DNA from: Chloroflexota bacterium | GTDB lineage: Bacteria; Chloroflexota; UBA11872 | Length of the DNA: 40,620 bases | Assembly: GCA_034421255.1 (NCBI GenBank) | Contig: DAOUKN010000210.1 | Location: forward strand, 1 to 40,620 | Reading direction: 5' to 3' | Shown: in pieces, positions 24,865 through 36,129 of the stretch | Layout: every line of letters begins with the position of its first letter | Position numbering within the stretch: position 1 is the stretch's first letter | The notes under the pieces: generated by a model | What the model saw: the letters and a program-made list of their open reading frames with translations, nothing else | Told to the model about the DNA's origin: nothing | Database searches by the model: none | Made by a program: the position numbers and the translations under genes

Positions 24865-25559
24865 TCGGGCGTGGCCGCGACGCGGGCCCGTGCGGCGCCC
24901 AGGTCCGCCGGGCGCGTGATCTTGACGTTGCCCGCGTCGGACTCGAAGACGTGCACGGGCAGGCCCTCGTGCTCCAGCACCGCCACGTCGTCGGTGAAGT
25001 CGGCCAGGCGATCTCGATTGCGACGGTGGGCCTGGAGCAGGGCGTCCAGCGGACCGATCTGGGGCGTCTGGGCCAGCCACACCTGGTCGCGCGGCAGCGT
25101 GCGGTCGACCCGGCCCTCGGGCGTGACGAGCTTGACGGTGTCGACGGACGGCACGGCGGCCACCGCCGCGCCGTGCGCGCGCGCCGCCCGGACGCCGCGC
25201 GCGATGATGTCCGGGGTCACGAAGGGACGCGCGCCGTCGTGGATGGCCACAAGCGCCGCGCCGCCGTCGGCGAGCGCTTCGAGTCCGCACAGCACCGACC
25301 CGGCGCGGGACGCGCCGCCCAGCACCACACGCGTCACCTTGGTGAGCCGTGCCGCGCGAACGACGTCGGCGAGCTGGTCGCGGTTGGCCGGGCTGGTGGT
25401 CACGACGACATGGCGGATTTCTGGTGCTTGCTCGAAGGCGCGCAGGCTCCAGACGATCAACGGCGCGTCGCCGAGGAGCGCCAGCAGCTTGTCCTCGCCG
25501 CCCATGCGGGTTGCGCCGCCCGCGGCCAGCACCACGGCGTCCACTGGACCCGTGGTCAT
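24825..25559 (-). CDS. ispD: 2-C-methyl-D-erythritol 4-phosphate cytidylyltransferase
   Basis: VDAVVLAAGGATRMGGEDKLL, VAIHDGARPFV and VDTVK are IspD motifs. The ATG overlaps the radA stop (ATGA). Confidence 0.9.
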   Translation of the reverse strand: MTTGPVDAVVLAAGGATRMGGEDKLLALLGDAPLIVWSLRAFEQAPEIRHVVVTTSPANRDQLADVVRAARLTKVTRVVLGGASRAGSVLCGLEALADGGAALVAIHDGARPFVTPDIIARGVRAARAHGAAVAAVPSVDTVKLVTPEGRVDRTLPRDQVWLAQTPQIGPLDALLQAHRRNRDRLADFTDDVAVLEHEGLPVHVFESDAGNVKITRPADLGAARARVAATPDYPDAVPAHEEQQ

Positions 25560-26890
25560 GGCAGCGCGAGGGTCAGGGCCTCCGCCAGATTCGCGGCTCC
25601 GAGGCCCTCGGTTGCGCCGTTGCGGGCGCTGGCGGCCGGCACCAGGCAGCGAGTGAAGCCCAGGCGCTCGGCCTCGCGCACGCGCACCGCGGCCGAGGGC
25701 ACCGAGCGCAGCTCGCCGGAGAGCCCCAGCTCCCCGATCGCCGCGACCTGGAGTCCGGGCGCCTGGTCGCGGGCGCTGGACGCGACGGCCACCGCCACCG
25801 CGAGGTCGACCGCGGGCTCGCGCAGCCGCAGGCCGCCGACCACATTGACGTAGACGTCGTGCTGGCCCAGCTGGACCCCGGCGCGGCGGCCCAGTACGGC
25901 CAGCAACATGTGCAACCGGTTGAGGTCGAATCCCGTGGCGAGGCGTTTGGGCAGGGCGTAGGCGGTTGGCGCCGTCAGCGCCTGAATCTCGACGACCAGC
26001 GGTCGGGTGCCCTCCAGCGGCACGGCAACCGCCGATCCCGGCGCGCGGGCGTCCCGCTCGGCCAGGAAGAGCGCGGAGGGATTGGGCACCTCGTGCAGGC
26101 CGTCGCCGCGCATCTCGAAGACCGCCACCTCGAAGGTGGGTCCAAAGCGATTCTTCACCGATCGCAGCAGCCGCTGGGCGTGGAAGTCGTCGCCTTCGAG
26201 GTAGAGCACCGTGTCCACGATGTGCTCGAGGGTGCGCGGCCCGGCCACGGTGCCTTCCTTGGTGACGTGTCCCACCAGCATCACGGGCGTTTGGGACATC
26301 TTGGCGAACTGCATGATCTGCACCGTGGCCTCGCGCACCTGGCTGACGCTGCCGGGGGCCGCGGCCAGGCCCTCGACGCGCACGGTCTGAATGGAGTCGA
26401 CCACGACAAGGCCGGTGCGCAGCCGCTCGGCCTCGGCCAGCGCGCCGCCGACCTCGGTGTCGGGATAGACGTGGATGGCGCTGGACTCGAGACCCATGCG
26501 CCGCGCGCGCATGCGGACCTGTTGGGGCGATTCCTCCGCCGCGACGTAGAGCACGGGACGCCGGTCGGTCCCCAACGCGGCGGCGGCGCGCAGCACGAGG
26601 GTGGACTTGCCGATGCCGGGGTCGCCGCCGATAAGAATCAGCGCGCCGTCAACCAGACCGCCGCCCAGCACGCGGTCGAACTCGCTCATGCCGGTCGAGC
26701 GCCGCGCGGCGGCATCGTCCTCGACCGCGCCGAGCGGCACGGCGGCCACGGCCGCGGAAGTCGACGCCGCGCGGGTGGGGCGGTGCTCGATGATGCTGTT
26801 CCACGCGCCGCAGGCCCCGCACTGGCCGCTCCACTGCTGGTGGCGCGCGCCGCAGTCCTCGCAGGTGAAGCTGGCGCGTGGCTTAGCCAT
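25556..26890 (-). CDS. radA: DNA repair protein RadA/Sms
   Basis: The zinc finger is CEDCGARHQQWSGQCGACGAWNS. Walker A is GGDPGIGKSTL. The KNRFG motif and a Lon-like C-terminal domain are present. Confidence 0.95.
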   Translation of the reverse strand: MAKPRASFTCEDCGARHQQWSGQCGACGAWNSIIEHRPTRAASTSAAVAAVPLGAVEDDAAARRSTGMSEFDRVLGGGLVDGALILIGGDPGIGKSTLVLRAAAALGTDRRPVLYVAAEESPQQVRMRARRMGLESSAIHVYPDTEVGGALAEAERLRTGLVVVDSIQTVRVEGLAAAPGSVSQVREATVQIMQFAKMSQTPVMLVGHVTKEGTVAGPRTLEHIVDTVLYLEGDDFHAQRLLRSVKNRFGPTFEVAVFEMRGDGLHEVPNPSALFLAERDARAPGSAVAVPLEGTRPLVVEIQALTAPTAYALPKRLATGFDLNRLHMLLAVLGRRAGVQLGQHDVYVNVVGGLRLREPAVDLAVAVAVASSARDQAPGLQVAAIGELGLSGELRSVPSAAVRVREAERLGFTRCLVPAASARNGATEGLGAANLAEALTLALP

Positions 26891-26949
26891 CGGACTAACG
26901 CCGGCCGGGCTGGGAAGCCTTGGCGCGCCGGCGCGGCACGGGGACGCGA

Positions 26950-29409
<2,460 letters not shown>

Positions 29410-29454
29410 CTGACATCCCCTGCAGCGGCCCCGGTGTGGTCCGTGGGCGGTGGC

Positions 29455-30627
29455 CTACGCCTCCATTGTCGCACTATCGGCGACCTCGGTGGGTAAGGGT
29501 GACAACCGGATTCGCCGCCGGCCGGCGTCGATGCTCAAGATCTGGAACTTGCCGAAGTCGCCCTCGCGCATGGAATCCAGCGCCGCGTCGCCGAGATCGG
29601 AGGCGTGGGCCAGCCCTTCGATGCCGTCGGTCAGCCGTACAAAGGCCCCAAACGGCGCCAGCTTGGTCACCTCGCCTTCGACGATCTCATTCACGCCGTA
29701 CTTGGACTCCAGCGACTGCCACGGGTCCTTGGTCGCGCGGCGCAGGCTGAGGGCGATCTTCTTGTCCTCGCGGTCGAGGGACAGCACGTAGACCTCGATC
29801 TCCTGGCCCGGCTTGAGGATCTCCTCGGGGCTTTCCACCCGGCTCCACGAGAGCTCGGAGATGTGGGCCAGGCCGTCCGCGCCGCCCAGGTCCACGAAGG
29901 CGCCGAAGCTGCAAATGTTGCTGACGGTGCCCGTGCGCACCTGCCCGACCTGCAACTCGTCCAGCAGCACCTCGCGGCGGCGCGAGCGGACCTCGCGCTC
30001 GGCGACGCGCTCGGAGAGGATCAGGCGATTGCGGCGACGGTCAAGCTCGATGATCTTGACGTTGATCTTGCGGCCGACCAATTCCGCGAGCCGCGCGGCC
30101 AGCTCGTCTTCGGTCTCGTCGCTGGCGCCGCGCCGCAGGCTGGTGAGCTGCGAGAGCGGCACGAAACCGCGCGGCCCCACGTCCACCAGCACGCCGCCCT
30201 TGTTGTATTCGAGGATCGTGGCGTCGATGATCGTGCCGTTCTCGAACAGCTCCTCGGTGGCGCGCCAGACCTTCTCCTGCTCGGCACGGCGGAAGGAGAG
30301 CATGGCGCGGCCATCACCCTCCGGCTGCACCACGTAAACGAGCACCGTTTCGCCAAGCTGATAGGTCGGGCGGGGCTCCTCGAGCCGGGTGTCCCACTGC
30401 TCGCGCTCGGGCACGAAGCCCTCGGCCTTGAGGCCAATGTCCACCAGAATCTCGTCCGGCTCGATGCCGACGACGATGCCCTCGAGGACATCGCCCCGGC
30501 CAATGCTCGGCAGCTGTGCGCTTGCCTCTTCCAGCAGGGCTTCCATGGACTCCAGCGCCGGCATGTCGTCCGGCGGCATGGGCTCCGCGACGGCGCCGGC
30601 GGCCGGCGCGTCGTCGGTTGTGGTCAA
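29455..30627 (-). CDS. rpsA: 30S ribosomal protein S1 (four S1 domains)
   Basis: There are four S1 OB-fold units (GDVLEGIVVGI.., GTIIDATILEYNKGGVLVDV, GQVRTGTVSNICSFGAFVDLGG.DGLAHISEL, EIVEGEVTKLAPFGAFVRL..GIEGLAHASDL). The proposed TTG start is at 30627; ATG alternatives lie about 50-70 nt downstream. The N-terminal 166 aa of listed ORF 29455..31125 overlap the SDR gene and are spurious. Confidence 0.8.
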   Translation of the reverse strand: MTTTDDAPAAGAVAEPMPPDDMPALESMEALLEEASAQLPSIGRGDVLEGIVVGIEPDEILVDIGLKAEGFVPEREQWDTRLEEPRPTYQLGETVLVYVVQPEGDGRAMLSFRRAEQEKVWRATEELFENGTIIDATILEYNKGGVLVDVGPRGFVPLSQLTSLRRGASDETEDELAARLAELVGRKINVKIIELDRRRNRLILSERVAEREVRSRRREVLLDELQVGQVRTGTVSNICSFGAFVDLGGADGLAHISELSWSRVESPEEILKPGQEIEVYVLSLDREDKKIALSLRRATKDPWQSLESKYGVNEIVEGEVTKLAPFGAFVRLTDGIEGLAHASDLGDAALDSMREGDFGKFQILSIDAGRRRIRLSPLPTEVADSATMEA

Positions 30628-30676
30628 GCGCGCACCCCTATTACTTCGGTATCGAAGAAAAGTCGTCTGGGACCCG

Positions 30677-30686
30677 AGTATAGCAA
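30677..30686 (-). promoter_or_regulatory. Candidate extended -10 element (TGcTATACT) in the rpsA leader region
   Basis: The minus strand reads gtTGcTATACTcggg about 50 nt upstream of the rpsA start. A small hairpin, cttcg-atac-cgaag, sits just before the RBS region. This is the lowest-GC part of the 205-nt intergenic region. Confidence 0.3.
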
Positions 30687-30832
30687 CGGGACCTTCTGTT
30701 TCCCGCCAGTCTTTCGGTGAGTTTGACGCCGTGCCGAGCACCGCGAGGTGGTGGTCAGACGGCGCAGCGCGGGTCGCGGCACTGCGCGGGGGAGCGACAT
30801 CGCAGCCAGATCCGACCAGCGCCGCAGCCCGC

Positions 30833-31600
30833 TCAGGGCATTTGGAAGCCGCCGTCGTAGCTGATGTTCTGCCCGGTGATGAAGGCGGCTTCCTCCGACA
30901 GCAAGAACGCGGCAATGGTGGCCACGTCCTCCGGCACTTCCGCGCGGCCCAGCGGGACCATCTTGAGCATCTCGGCGAATATGGAGCCCCGTTCCCGTCC
31001 CTGGCGCTCGGCGCGCTCGCGGTCGATCTTTTCCCACATGTCGGTATCCACGAGTCCGGGGCTGATGGCGTTGACGCGCACCTGGTGATCGCTGAGCTCC
31101 AGGGCGAAATTTCGCGTGAGCCCATGCAGCGCGGTCTTGCTGGTGCTGTAAGGCCCCAGCCAGAGCGATGGGCGGCGGGACGATGCCGACGACAGGATGA
31201 CGATGCTTCCCTTTCCGCGCGGCGCCATCACGCGACCGGCGGCCTGGCAGAAGTAGAACGCGCCGTCCAGGTTGACCGCCATCACCCGCCGCCACTCTTC
31301 CGGCGGGACTTCGAGCAGCGGCCGAATTGTGATGATGCCGGCGTTTGCGACCGCGCCTGTCAGCCCGCCGAGATCGGCGTCGACCTCGTTGACCCAGGCC
31401 GACACGGCGTCGGGGTCGGTGACGTCCAAAGCGTCGCCGCGCGCGCGCACGCCGGTCTGCTCGATCTCGGCCGCCACTTCGGCGGCGCTGTCGCCGTTGA
31501 TATCGGACACCGCGACGGCCCAGCCGTCCCGGGCCATGCGCAACGCGATCGCTCGACCGATGCCGCGGCCGGCGCCGGTGATGGCCAGTGCCCCCGCCAT
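30833..31600 (-). CDS. SDR-family short-chain dehydrogenase/reductase
   Basis: ATG 31600 is preceded by GGGGGA at 5-nt spacing. Motifs are ITGAGRGIGRAIA (TGxxxGxG), NAG and YSTSK (YxxxK). Confidence 0.8.
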   Translation of the reverse strand: MAGALAITGAGRGIGRAIALRMARDGWAVAVSDINGDSAAEVAAEIEQTGVRARGDALDVTDPDAVSAWVNEVDADLGGLTGAVANAGIITIRPLLEVPPEEWRRVMAVNLDGAFYFCQAAGRVMAPRGKGSIVILSSASSRRPSLWLGPYSTSKTALHGLTRNFALELSDHQVRVNAISPGLVDTDMWEKIDRERAERQGRERGSIFAEMLKMVPLGRAEVPEDVATIAAFLLSEEAAFITGQNISYDGGFQMP

Positions 31601-31629
31601 TTGTTCCCCCTGCCTGCAGTCCTCGGCCT

Positions 31630-31654
31630 CAGGCCCGAAGCTGTTCGGGGCCTG
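31630..31654 (-). promoter_or_regulatory. GC-rich hairpin in the DUF309-SDR intergenic region
   Basis: caggcccgaa-gctg-ttcggggcctg: a 10-bp stem with one bulged G and a 4-nt loop. It lies 30 nt upstream of the SDR ATG and 102 nt downstream of the DUF309 stop. There is no U-tract. Confidence 0.3.
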
Positions 31655-31755
31655 CAACCTCTACGGAATCTCGGCCCACCGCCGTCAGGACGCCATCGTA
31701 CGCGCCGTCGTGGATTGGCGCGGTTTGGAGGGCGGATCGGCGCGGCGGGCGGACC

Positions 31756-32172
31756 CTATGCCGGCCCGGCTTCCACGAAGACCACTTGCGGGAGCCAACG
31801 CTCGTTGAACTCGTCCAACCGCTCAGGTCCCAGATCTTCAAGCGCCGCCAGCGCCCGCGCCGCGTCGCTCCGCAGCGCGGTCACGTCGACTCCCAGGCAC
31901 ACCGGCTCGAAGGGCTCGAGGCGCGCCAGCCCGTAGCGCAGCAGGTTGCAGGCGCCGCGATGGTTCCCGCGCGAGAGGTGATAGCAGCCGACGCCGACCT
32001 GCAAGATGCCGCGAAAAAGATCGCGCACGGGTCCGGCTTCGGCGCGCCAGGCGTCTTCGAGCACCTCGTGCTGGGCGTAGAAGGCGCGCTGATTGAACAG
32101 CGCCGCTCCGCGACGCAGGGCCTCGTCCGGCGGACCGTCGCATCCTCCGATCTCGGACGTGCCGTCGCACAC
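31756..32172 (-). CDS. DUF309 domain-containing protein
   Basis: LFNQRAFYAQHEVLEDAWR......RDLFRGILQVGVGCYHLSRGNHRGACNLL matches the DUF309 helical signature. Confidence 0.6.
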   Translation of the reverse strand: MCDGTSEIGGCDGPPDEALRRGAALFNQRAFYAQHEVLEDAWRAEAGPVRDLFRGILQVGVGCYHLSRGNHRGACNLLRYGLARLEPFEPVCLGVDVTALRSDAARALAALEDLGPERLDEFNERWLPQVVFVEAGPA

Positions 32173-32316
32173 GCCGCTCCCCCCTTTGCGTCGCGCCGCC
32201 GCGGACCAGGCCGCGCGCCCATCGAGCGATCGCTCGCCGGCGTCGGCGCCGCTCCAGAATAGCCAGGCGGCGCATCGGCCCAGGCAGTTCGGGCCGGGCT
32301 ATACTTCGGTAAAGCT

Positions 32317-32404
32317 GGAGGGGTGTCCGAGTGGCTTAAGGAGGTGGTCTTGAAAACCACTAGGCGGCTTGCCCGTCTCGTGGGTTCGAATCCCACCCCC
32401 TCCG
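32317..32404 (+). tRNA. tRNA-Ser (anticodon UGA)
   Basis: I folded it by hand. The acceptor is GGAGGGG/CCCCTCC. The anticodon stem-loop is GTGGT-CTTGAAA-ACCAC. It has a long variable arm, T-arm GTGGG-TTCGAAT-CCCAC and discriminator G. CCA is not encoded. TATACT lies 11 nt upstream. Confidence 0.9.
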
Positions 32405-32435
32405 CCCGACGCCCGATCCGGCCGTGACCGAACTT

Positions 32436-32528
32436 GGAGGAGTCGCATAGTTGGTCTAGTGCGGCCGCCTGCTAAGCGGTTACCGGGGGTGCTCCCCTCG
32501 GTCGTGGGTTCGAATCCCACCTCCTCCG
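32436..32528 (+). tRNA. tRNA-Ser (anticodon GCU)
   Basis: The acceptor is GGAGGAG/CTCCTCC. The anticodon stem-loop is GCCGC-CTGCTAA-GCGGT. It has a long variable arm, CCGGGGG-TGCT-CCCCTCGG, T-arm GTGGG-TTCGAAT-CCCAC and discriminator G. Confidence 0.9.
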
Positions 32529-32747
32529 CCGGCGGCATCGCCGCGTCCTAGCGCGGGACCTCGCCGCGCGGCGGCGCCCTGAGTCCACCGACGCCCCTCT
32601 GATCTTCAGCCGGCAGCCGGTGATCTGCGCGCCGTGGCAACGGCAGTCGATCCGGCCCGCGGCTTGGACGGCATCACATACCCCCGCGTACCTGCCCCGC
32701 CTGCGATACTCTGCATACGTGTATTCACAATATTCAGGGAGTAGCTG

Positions 32748-32975
32748 TTGGCCACGTCGATCCGCCTGTCGCCTGAAACCGAGGAGCGGCTGCGATTCCT
32801 CGCCGCCCAAACCGGGCGCTCGAAGGCCTTCTACCTGCGCGAGCTCATCGAGAACGGCATCGACGACCTCGAGGACTACTACCTGGCCGCCGACGTGCTC
32901 GAGCGCGTGCGCAAGGGGCGGGAACGCCTGCATCCGGCCGCCGACGTGAAGGCCGATCTTGCCCTGGACGGTTGA
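32748..32975 (+). CDS. Ribbon-helix-helix antitoxin (RelB/ParD-like)
   Basis: 75 aa. The N-terminal RHH pattern is TSIRLSPETEERLRFLAAQTGRSKAFYLRELIENGIDDLED. It overlaps the downstream toxin gene by 17 nt. RBS GGAG precedes the TTG start. Confidence 0.75.
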   Translation: MATSIRLSPETEERLRFLAAQTGRSKAFYLRELIENGIDDLEDYYLAADVLERVRKGRERLHPAADVKADLALDG

Positions 32976-33225
32976 GTACACCGACTCGGCGCTCAGACAA
33001 CTCCGCAAGCTCGACCGGCGCATGGCGCGGCGTGTCGTGGAGTACATGGACGAGGTGGTCGCGGTCCTCGACGATCCGCGGAGGCGCGGCAAGGCCCTGA
33101 CCGGACCCATGGGCGGCCTGTGGCGCTATCGGATCGGCGGGTGCCGCGTGGTCTGCGACGTTCAAGATCAGGTGCTGCGAGTTCTCGTGTTGCGGGTGGC
33201 TGGACGGGACCAGGTCTATCGGTGA
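32959..33225 (+). CDS. RelE/ParE-family type II toxin
   Basis: 88 aa. WTVEYTDSALRQLRKLDRRMARRVVEYMDEV...LTGPMGGLWRYRIGGCRVVCDVQDQVLRVLVLRVAGRDQVY is the classic RelE/StbE layout. Confidence 0.8.
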   Translation: MPWTVEYTDSALRQLRKLDRRMARRVVEYMDEVVAVLDDPRRRGKALTGPMGGLWRYRIGGCRVVCDVQDQVLRVLVLRVAGRDQVYR

Positions 33226-33328
33226 TCTGCCGCATCCCAACGGGTGAACGTCTCAGCCATCGGTCACTTTCACTGCTGCGCCAGACGTTTGGCAGGCGAG
33301 TGTCAGGCCGTGGACAGTCAACCTGTCG

Positions 33329-33622
33329 TCACCGCGCCGGTGCCAGGATAGGTTCCACGCGGATATCATCCGACCGCTTCAGCGCTTGCGCCATGTCGTA
33401 GGCGGCTTGCAGTTGATACCAGGTGGCAGCGCCGCCTCCGAATGCCTTGTCGAGGCGGATGGCCATCTCGGGTGAGATTCCGGAACGACCATTCACGACA
33501 TCCGACAACTGCTTGCGGCTGACGCCCAGCCGCCTGGCCGCCTCCGTGACGCTGAGGTCGAGCGGCTCGAGGCAGTCGAACCGCACCGATAGCCCCGGAT
33601 GCGACGGGTTTTTCATCGGCAT
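33329..33622 (-). CDS. higA: HigA-family HTH (XRE) antitoxin
   Basis: [73 protein letters not shown] matches the HigA/VapI signature (HPG...L....GvsR...S.vvnG...Is.emA.RL...FG....W..LQ..YD). Confidence 0.8.
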   Translation of the reverse strand: MPMKNPSHPGLSVRFDCLEPLDLSVTEAARRLGVSRKQLSDVVNGRSGISPEMAIRLDKAFGGGAATWYQLQAAYDMAQALKRSDDIRVEPILAPAR

Positions 33623-33656
33623 GTGTCGGTCTCGCTGTGGGCCGGGCGATTGGCCG

Positions 33657-34013
33657 CTAGACCATCAGCCCTTCGACGGGCACCAGCCGCTTGGCCACCG
33701 GGTCGACGCCCATGAACACTCCCTCGAGCGCCAGCGCGCCAAGCAGGGGAAGGGTTCCCTCTTCATTGAACAGCATGAGGGTGACGACCTCACGCCCCTC
33801 GATCCGCACCCATGTCTGGCCAACGTCCATGCGCCGGACCTCGCCCTGCCCGAACTGAAAGCTCTGACTGGTCAACGGCTCCACGCCCAACTCACGCAGC
33901 ACCGACGCGGGAACCGAGGTTATCGAGGCGCCCGTGTCTACCAGCGCGTCAAGCGTCGTCCAACGCTCGCGTTCCTGGTCGCCGATGCCGATCGGGATGC
34001 TGAAGGTTCCCAT
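33657..34013 (-). CDS. Retropepsin-like (clan AA) aspartic protease, single-domain
   Basis: 118 aa. The catalytic motif is [13 protein letters not shown] (D-T-G-A). The later GALALEG plus the overall size fit bacterial/archaeal retropepsin-like proteins. Confidence 0.7.
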   Translation of the reverse strand: MGTFSIPIGIGDQERERWTTLDALVDTGASITSVPASVLRELGVEPLTSQSFQFGQGEVRRMDVGQTWVRIEGREVVTLMLFNEEGTLPLLGALALEGVFMGVDPVAKRLVPVEGLMV

Positions 34014-34078
34014 GTGTCGATGGTGTCAGACGGTGCACGGGCCGGCAACCCCGCGACGCCGGAGCAACCGATTAGGCG

Positions 34079-35098
34079 CTACGCCTTGTAGCAAGCCGCC
34101 AGTTGGCCTGCGCCCTTGTCTTCGAGCGGCGGGTGGTCGTTGTCGCGGCAGTGGTCGTCGGCGATGGGGCAGCGGTCGTAGAAGCGGCAGCGGGGCGGGG
34201 GGTCGACCGGCGTGGAGACGCCGCCGGCGATTCGGACCGGGGCGCGGGTGACGGTGGGGTCGGGAATGGGCACGGCGGACAGCAGCGCCTGGGTATAGGG
34301 GTGCTGGGGGTTTTGGAGCACGGCCTCGGTCTCACCCATTTCCACGATCTTGCCGAGGTACATGACCGCGATGCGGGAGCACATGTAGCGGGCGACGGCC
34401 AGGTCGTGGGTGATGTAGAGATAGCTGATGCCCAGTCGGTCGGCCAGGCCCTGCATGAGTTGCATCACGCCGGTTCGAATCGAGACATCGAGCATCGACG
34501 TGGGTTCGTCGGCGACGACGAAGATTGGCTCGATAACCAACGCCCGGGCAATGGCCGCGCGCTGCCGCTGGCCGCCGGACAGCTCGTGGGGATAGCGGAA
34601 CAGGTAGGCCGCGGGCGGCGTGAGCCCGACCAGCTCCAGCATGCGGGAGACGCGTTCCATGCACTCGTGCGGCCCGCACGCGTTCTGGACTTTCAGCGGC
34701 TCGGCGACGGTGTCGAAGATCGTGCGGCGCGGGTTTAGCGACTCGTAGGGGTCCTGAAAGATCATCTGGGCCCGGCGTCGAAAGGCCTTGAGGTCCGCCC
34801 CGGCCAGGTGGGTGATATCGGTTGGCGCTCCCGAGCCGTCGTCGAAGAGCACCCGTCCGTCGCTTGGCTCGGCCAGACGCACCAAGAGGCGTCCCGTGGT
34901 CGTCTTGCCGCAGCCCGACTCGCCGACGAGGCCGAAGCTTTCGCCACGCGCCAGTTCGAACGAAACGTCGTCCACGGCGTGGACGAAGCTGTGGCTTCGG
35001 TCGAACAGGCCGGTGGAGACCGGAAATCGCTTCTGAAGGCCCTCGATCTTGACCAGGGGGCTGGTCCCGACCGATGCGGGGGGTGCGGCGGTGGCCAT
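34079..35098 (-). CDS. Oligopeptide/dipeptide ABC transporter ATP-binding protein (OppF/DppF-like)
   Basis: ATG 35098 overlaps the upstream stop (ATGA). Walker A is GESGCGKTT. The signature motif is LSGGQRQR. Walker B is [12 protein letters not shown]. The C-terminal Cys-rich oligopeptide_C extension ([10 protein letters not shown]) is present. The longer listed ORF (to 35221) is rejected. Confidence 0.9.
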   Translation of the reverse strand: MATAAPPASVGTSPLVKIEGLQKRFPVSTGLFDRSHSFVHAVDDVSFELARGESFGLVGESGCGKTTTGRLLVRLAEPSDGRVLFDDGSGAPTDITHLAGADLKAFRRRAQMIFQDPYESLNPRRTIFDTVAEPLKVQNACGPHECMERVSRMLELVGLTPPAAYLFRYPHELSGGQRQRAAIARALVIEPIFVVADEPTSMLDVSIRTGVMQLMQGLADRLGISYLYITHDLAVARYMCSRIAVMYLGKIVEMGETEAVLQNPQHPYTQALLSAVPIPDPTVTRAPVRIAGGVSTPVDPPPRCRFYDRCPIADDHCRDNDHPPLEDKGAGQLAACYKA

Positions 35099-36123
35099 CA
35101 AACCGCCTTGCCGTCCAGGGGATGCCAGCAGGCGGCCCAGTGGGCGCCGGAACGCACCGTGGGCGGCTCTTCGGAGCGGCAGACGTCGGTGGCGTAGGGA
35201 CAGCGCGGGTGAAAGCGACAACCGGGCGGCGGCGTGAGCAAGTTGGGAGGCTCGCCGGGCAGCATCCCCAGCTTGTGCTTGGGTCCGGTGACGCTGGGAA
35301 AGGCCGACATCAGCGTTTGCGTGTAGGGATGGATGGGGTGGTGGAAGACGTCAACCGTCTCGCCCCACTCCACGATCCGGCCGGCATACATCACGCCCAC
35401 GACCTGGCTGACCTCGGCGATGACGGCCATGTCGTGCGAGATATAGATCAGGCTCATGTTGAGAGCCTCTTGGACCCTCCGCAGCTCCTTGAGAATGCGG
35501 TCCTGCACGATGACGTCCAGCGCCGTGGTCGGCTCGTCCGCGATAAGCAGATCGGGCTCGCAGGCCAGGGCCATGGCGATGCCGGCGCGTTGCTTCATGC
35601 CGCCGCTGTACTCGTGCGGATAGCGCGGAATGAAGCTGGGATCGAGACTCACGAGGTCGAAGAGCTCCCGCACGCGCTCCATGGAGATTTCAGGAGTTGA
35701 TCGGATGTGCGCGTCGAGGGCTTCGATGATCTGATCGCCGACGCGGTAGACGGGATTGAGGGCGTTCATGGCCGCCTGGAACACCATGGCGATGTGGTTC
35801 CAGCGGTGCGCCCGCATCTCGTCGTCGGAGAGCGGGGCGAGGTCGACGCCGTTGAGCAGGATCTTGCCACTGATGAGGCGGGCGTTCTCGGGCAACAGCT
35901 TGAGCAGGGCCATGGCGATGGAGGATTTGCCGCAGCCGGACTCGCCGACCAGCCCGACCGATTCCCCGCGCTGGACCGAAAAGGAGATCCCATCGACGGC
36001 GCGCACGTCGCCGGCGCGCGTCGCGTAGTACATGGCGAGGTCCTCGACCGCTAGGACCGGGTCGGATGTGGCGACGCTCGTCGTCGGCTCGACGGCCGAC
36101 GGTTGGGGGTTGGCGTCCATCAT
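35098..36123 (-). CDS. Oligopeptide/dipeptide ABC transporter ATP-binding protein (OppD/DppD-like)
   Basis: [29 protein letters not shown] and the C-terminal [15 protein letters not shown]. Confidence 0.9.
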   Translation of the reverse strand: MMDANPQPSAVEPTTSVATSDPVLAVEDLAMYYATRAGDVRAVDGISFSVQRGESVGLVGESGCGKSSIAMALLKLLPENARLISGKILLNGVDLAPLSDDEMRAHRWNHIAMVFQAAMNALNPVYRVGDQIIEALDAHIRSTPEISMERVRELFDLVSLDPSFIPRYPHEYSGGMKQRAGIAMALACEPDLLIADEPTTALDVIVQDRILKELRRVQEALNMSLIYISHDMAVIAEVSQVVGVMYAGRIVEWGETVDVFHHPIHPYTQTLMSAFPSVTGPKHKLGMLPGEPPNLLTPPPGCRFHPRCPYATDVCRSEEPPTVRSGAHWAACWHPLDGKAV

Positions 36124-36129
36124 CGTTCG

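Noticed and set aside
30628-31125. N-terminal 166 aa of the listed 556-aa ORF 29455..31125
   Set aside because: It overlaps the SDR gene and the rpsA leader and has no S1-like sequence. The S1 protein starts near 30627.
32299-32551. ORFs 32299..32538(-) and 32369..32551(+)
   Set aside because: They lie on top of the two tRNA-Ser genes, and their translations are just read-through of tRNA sequence.
34455-34475. ggttcgaatc inside oppF, matching the tRNA-Ser T-loop region, as a possible att remnant of the TA islet
   Set aside because: It is only a 10-nt match. It lies inside conserved ABC-ATPase coding sequence (SIRTGV) and on the wrong side of the islet border, so it is most likely chance.
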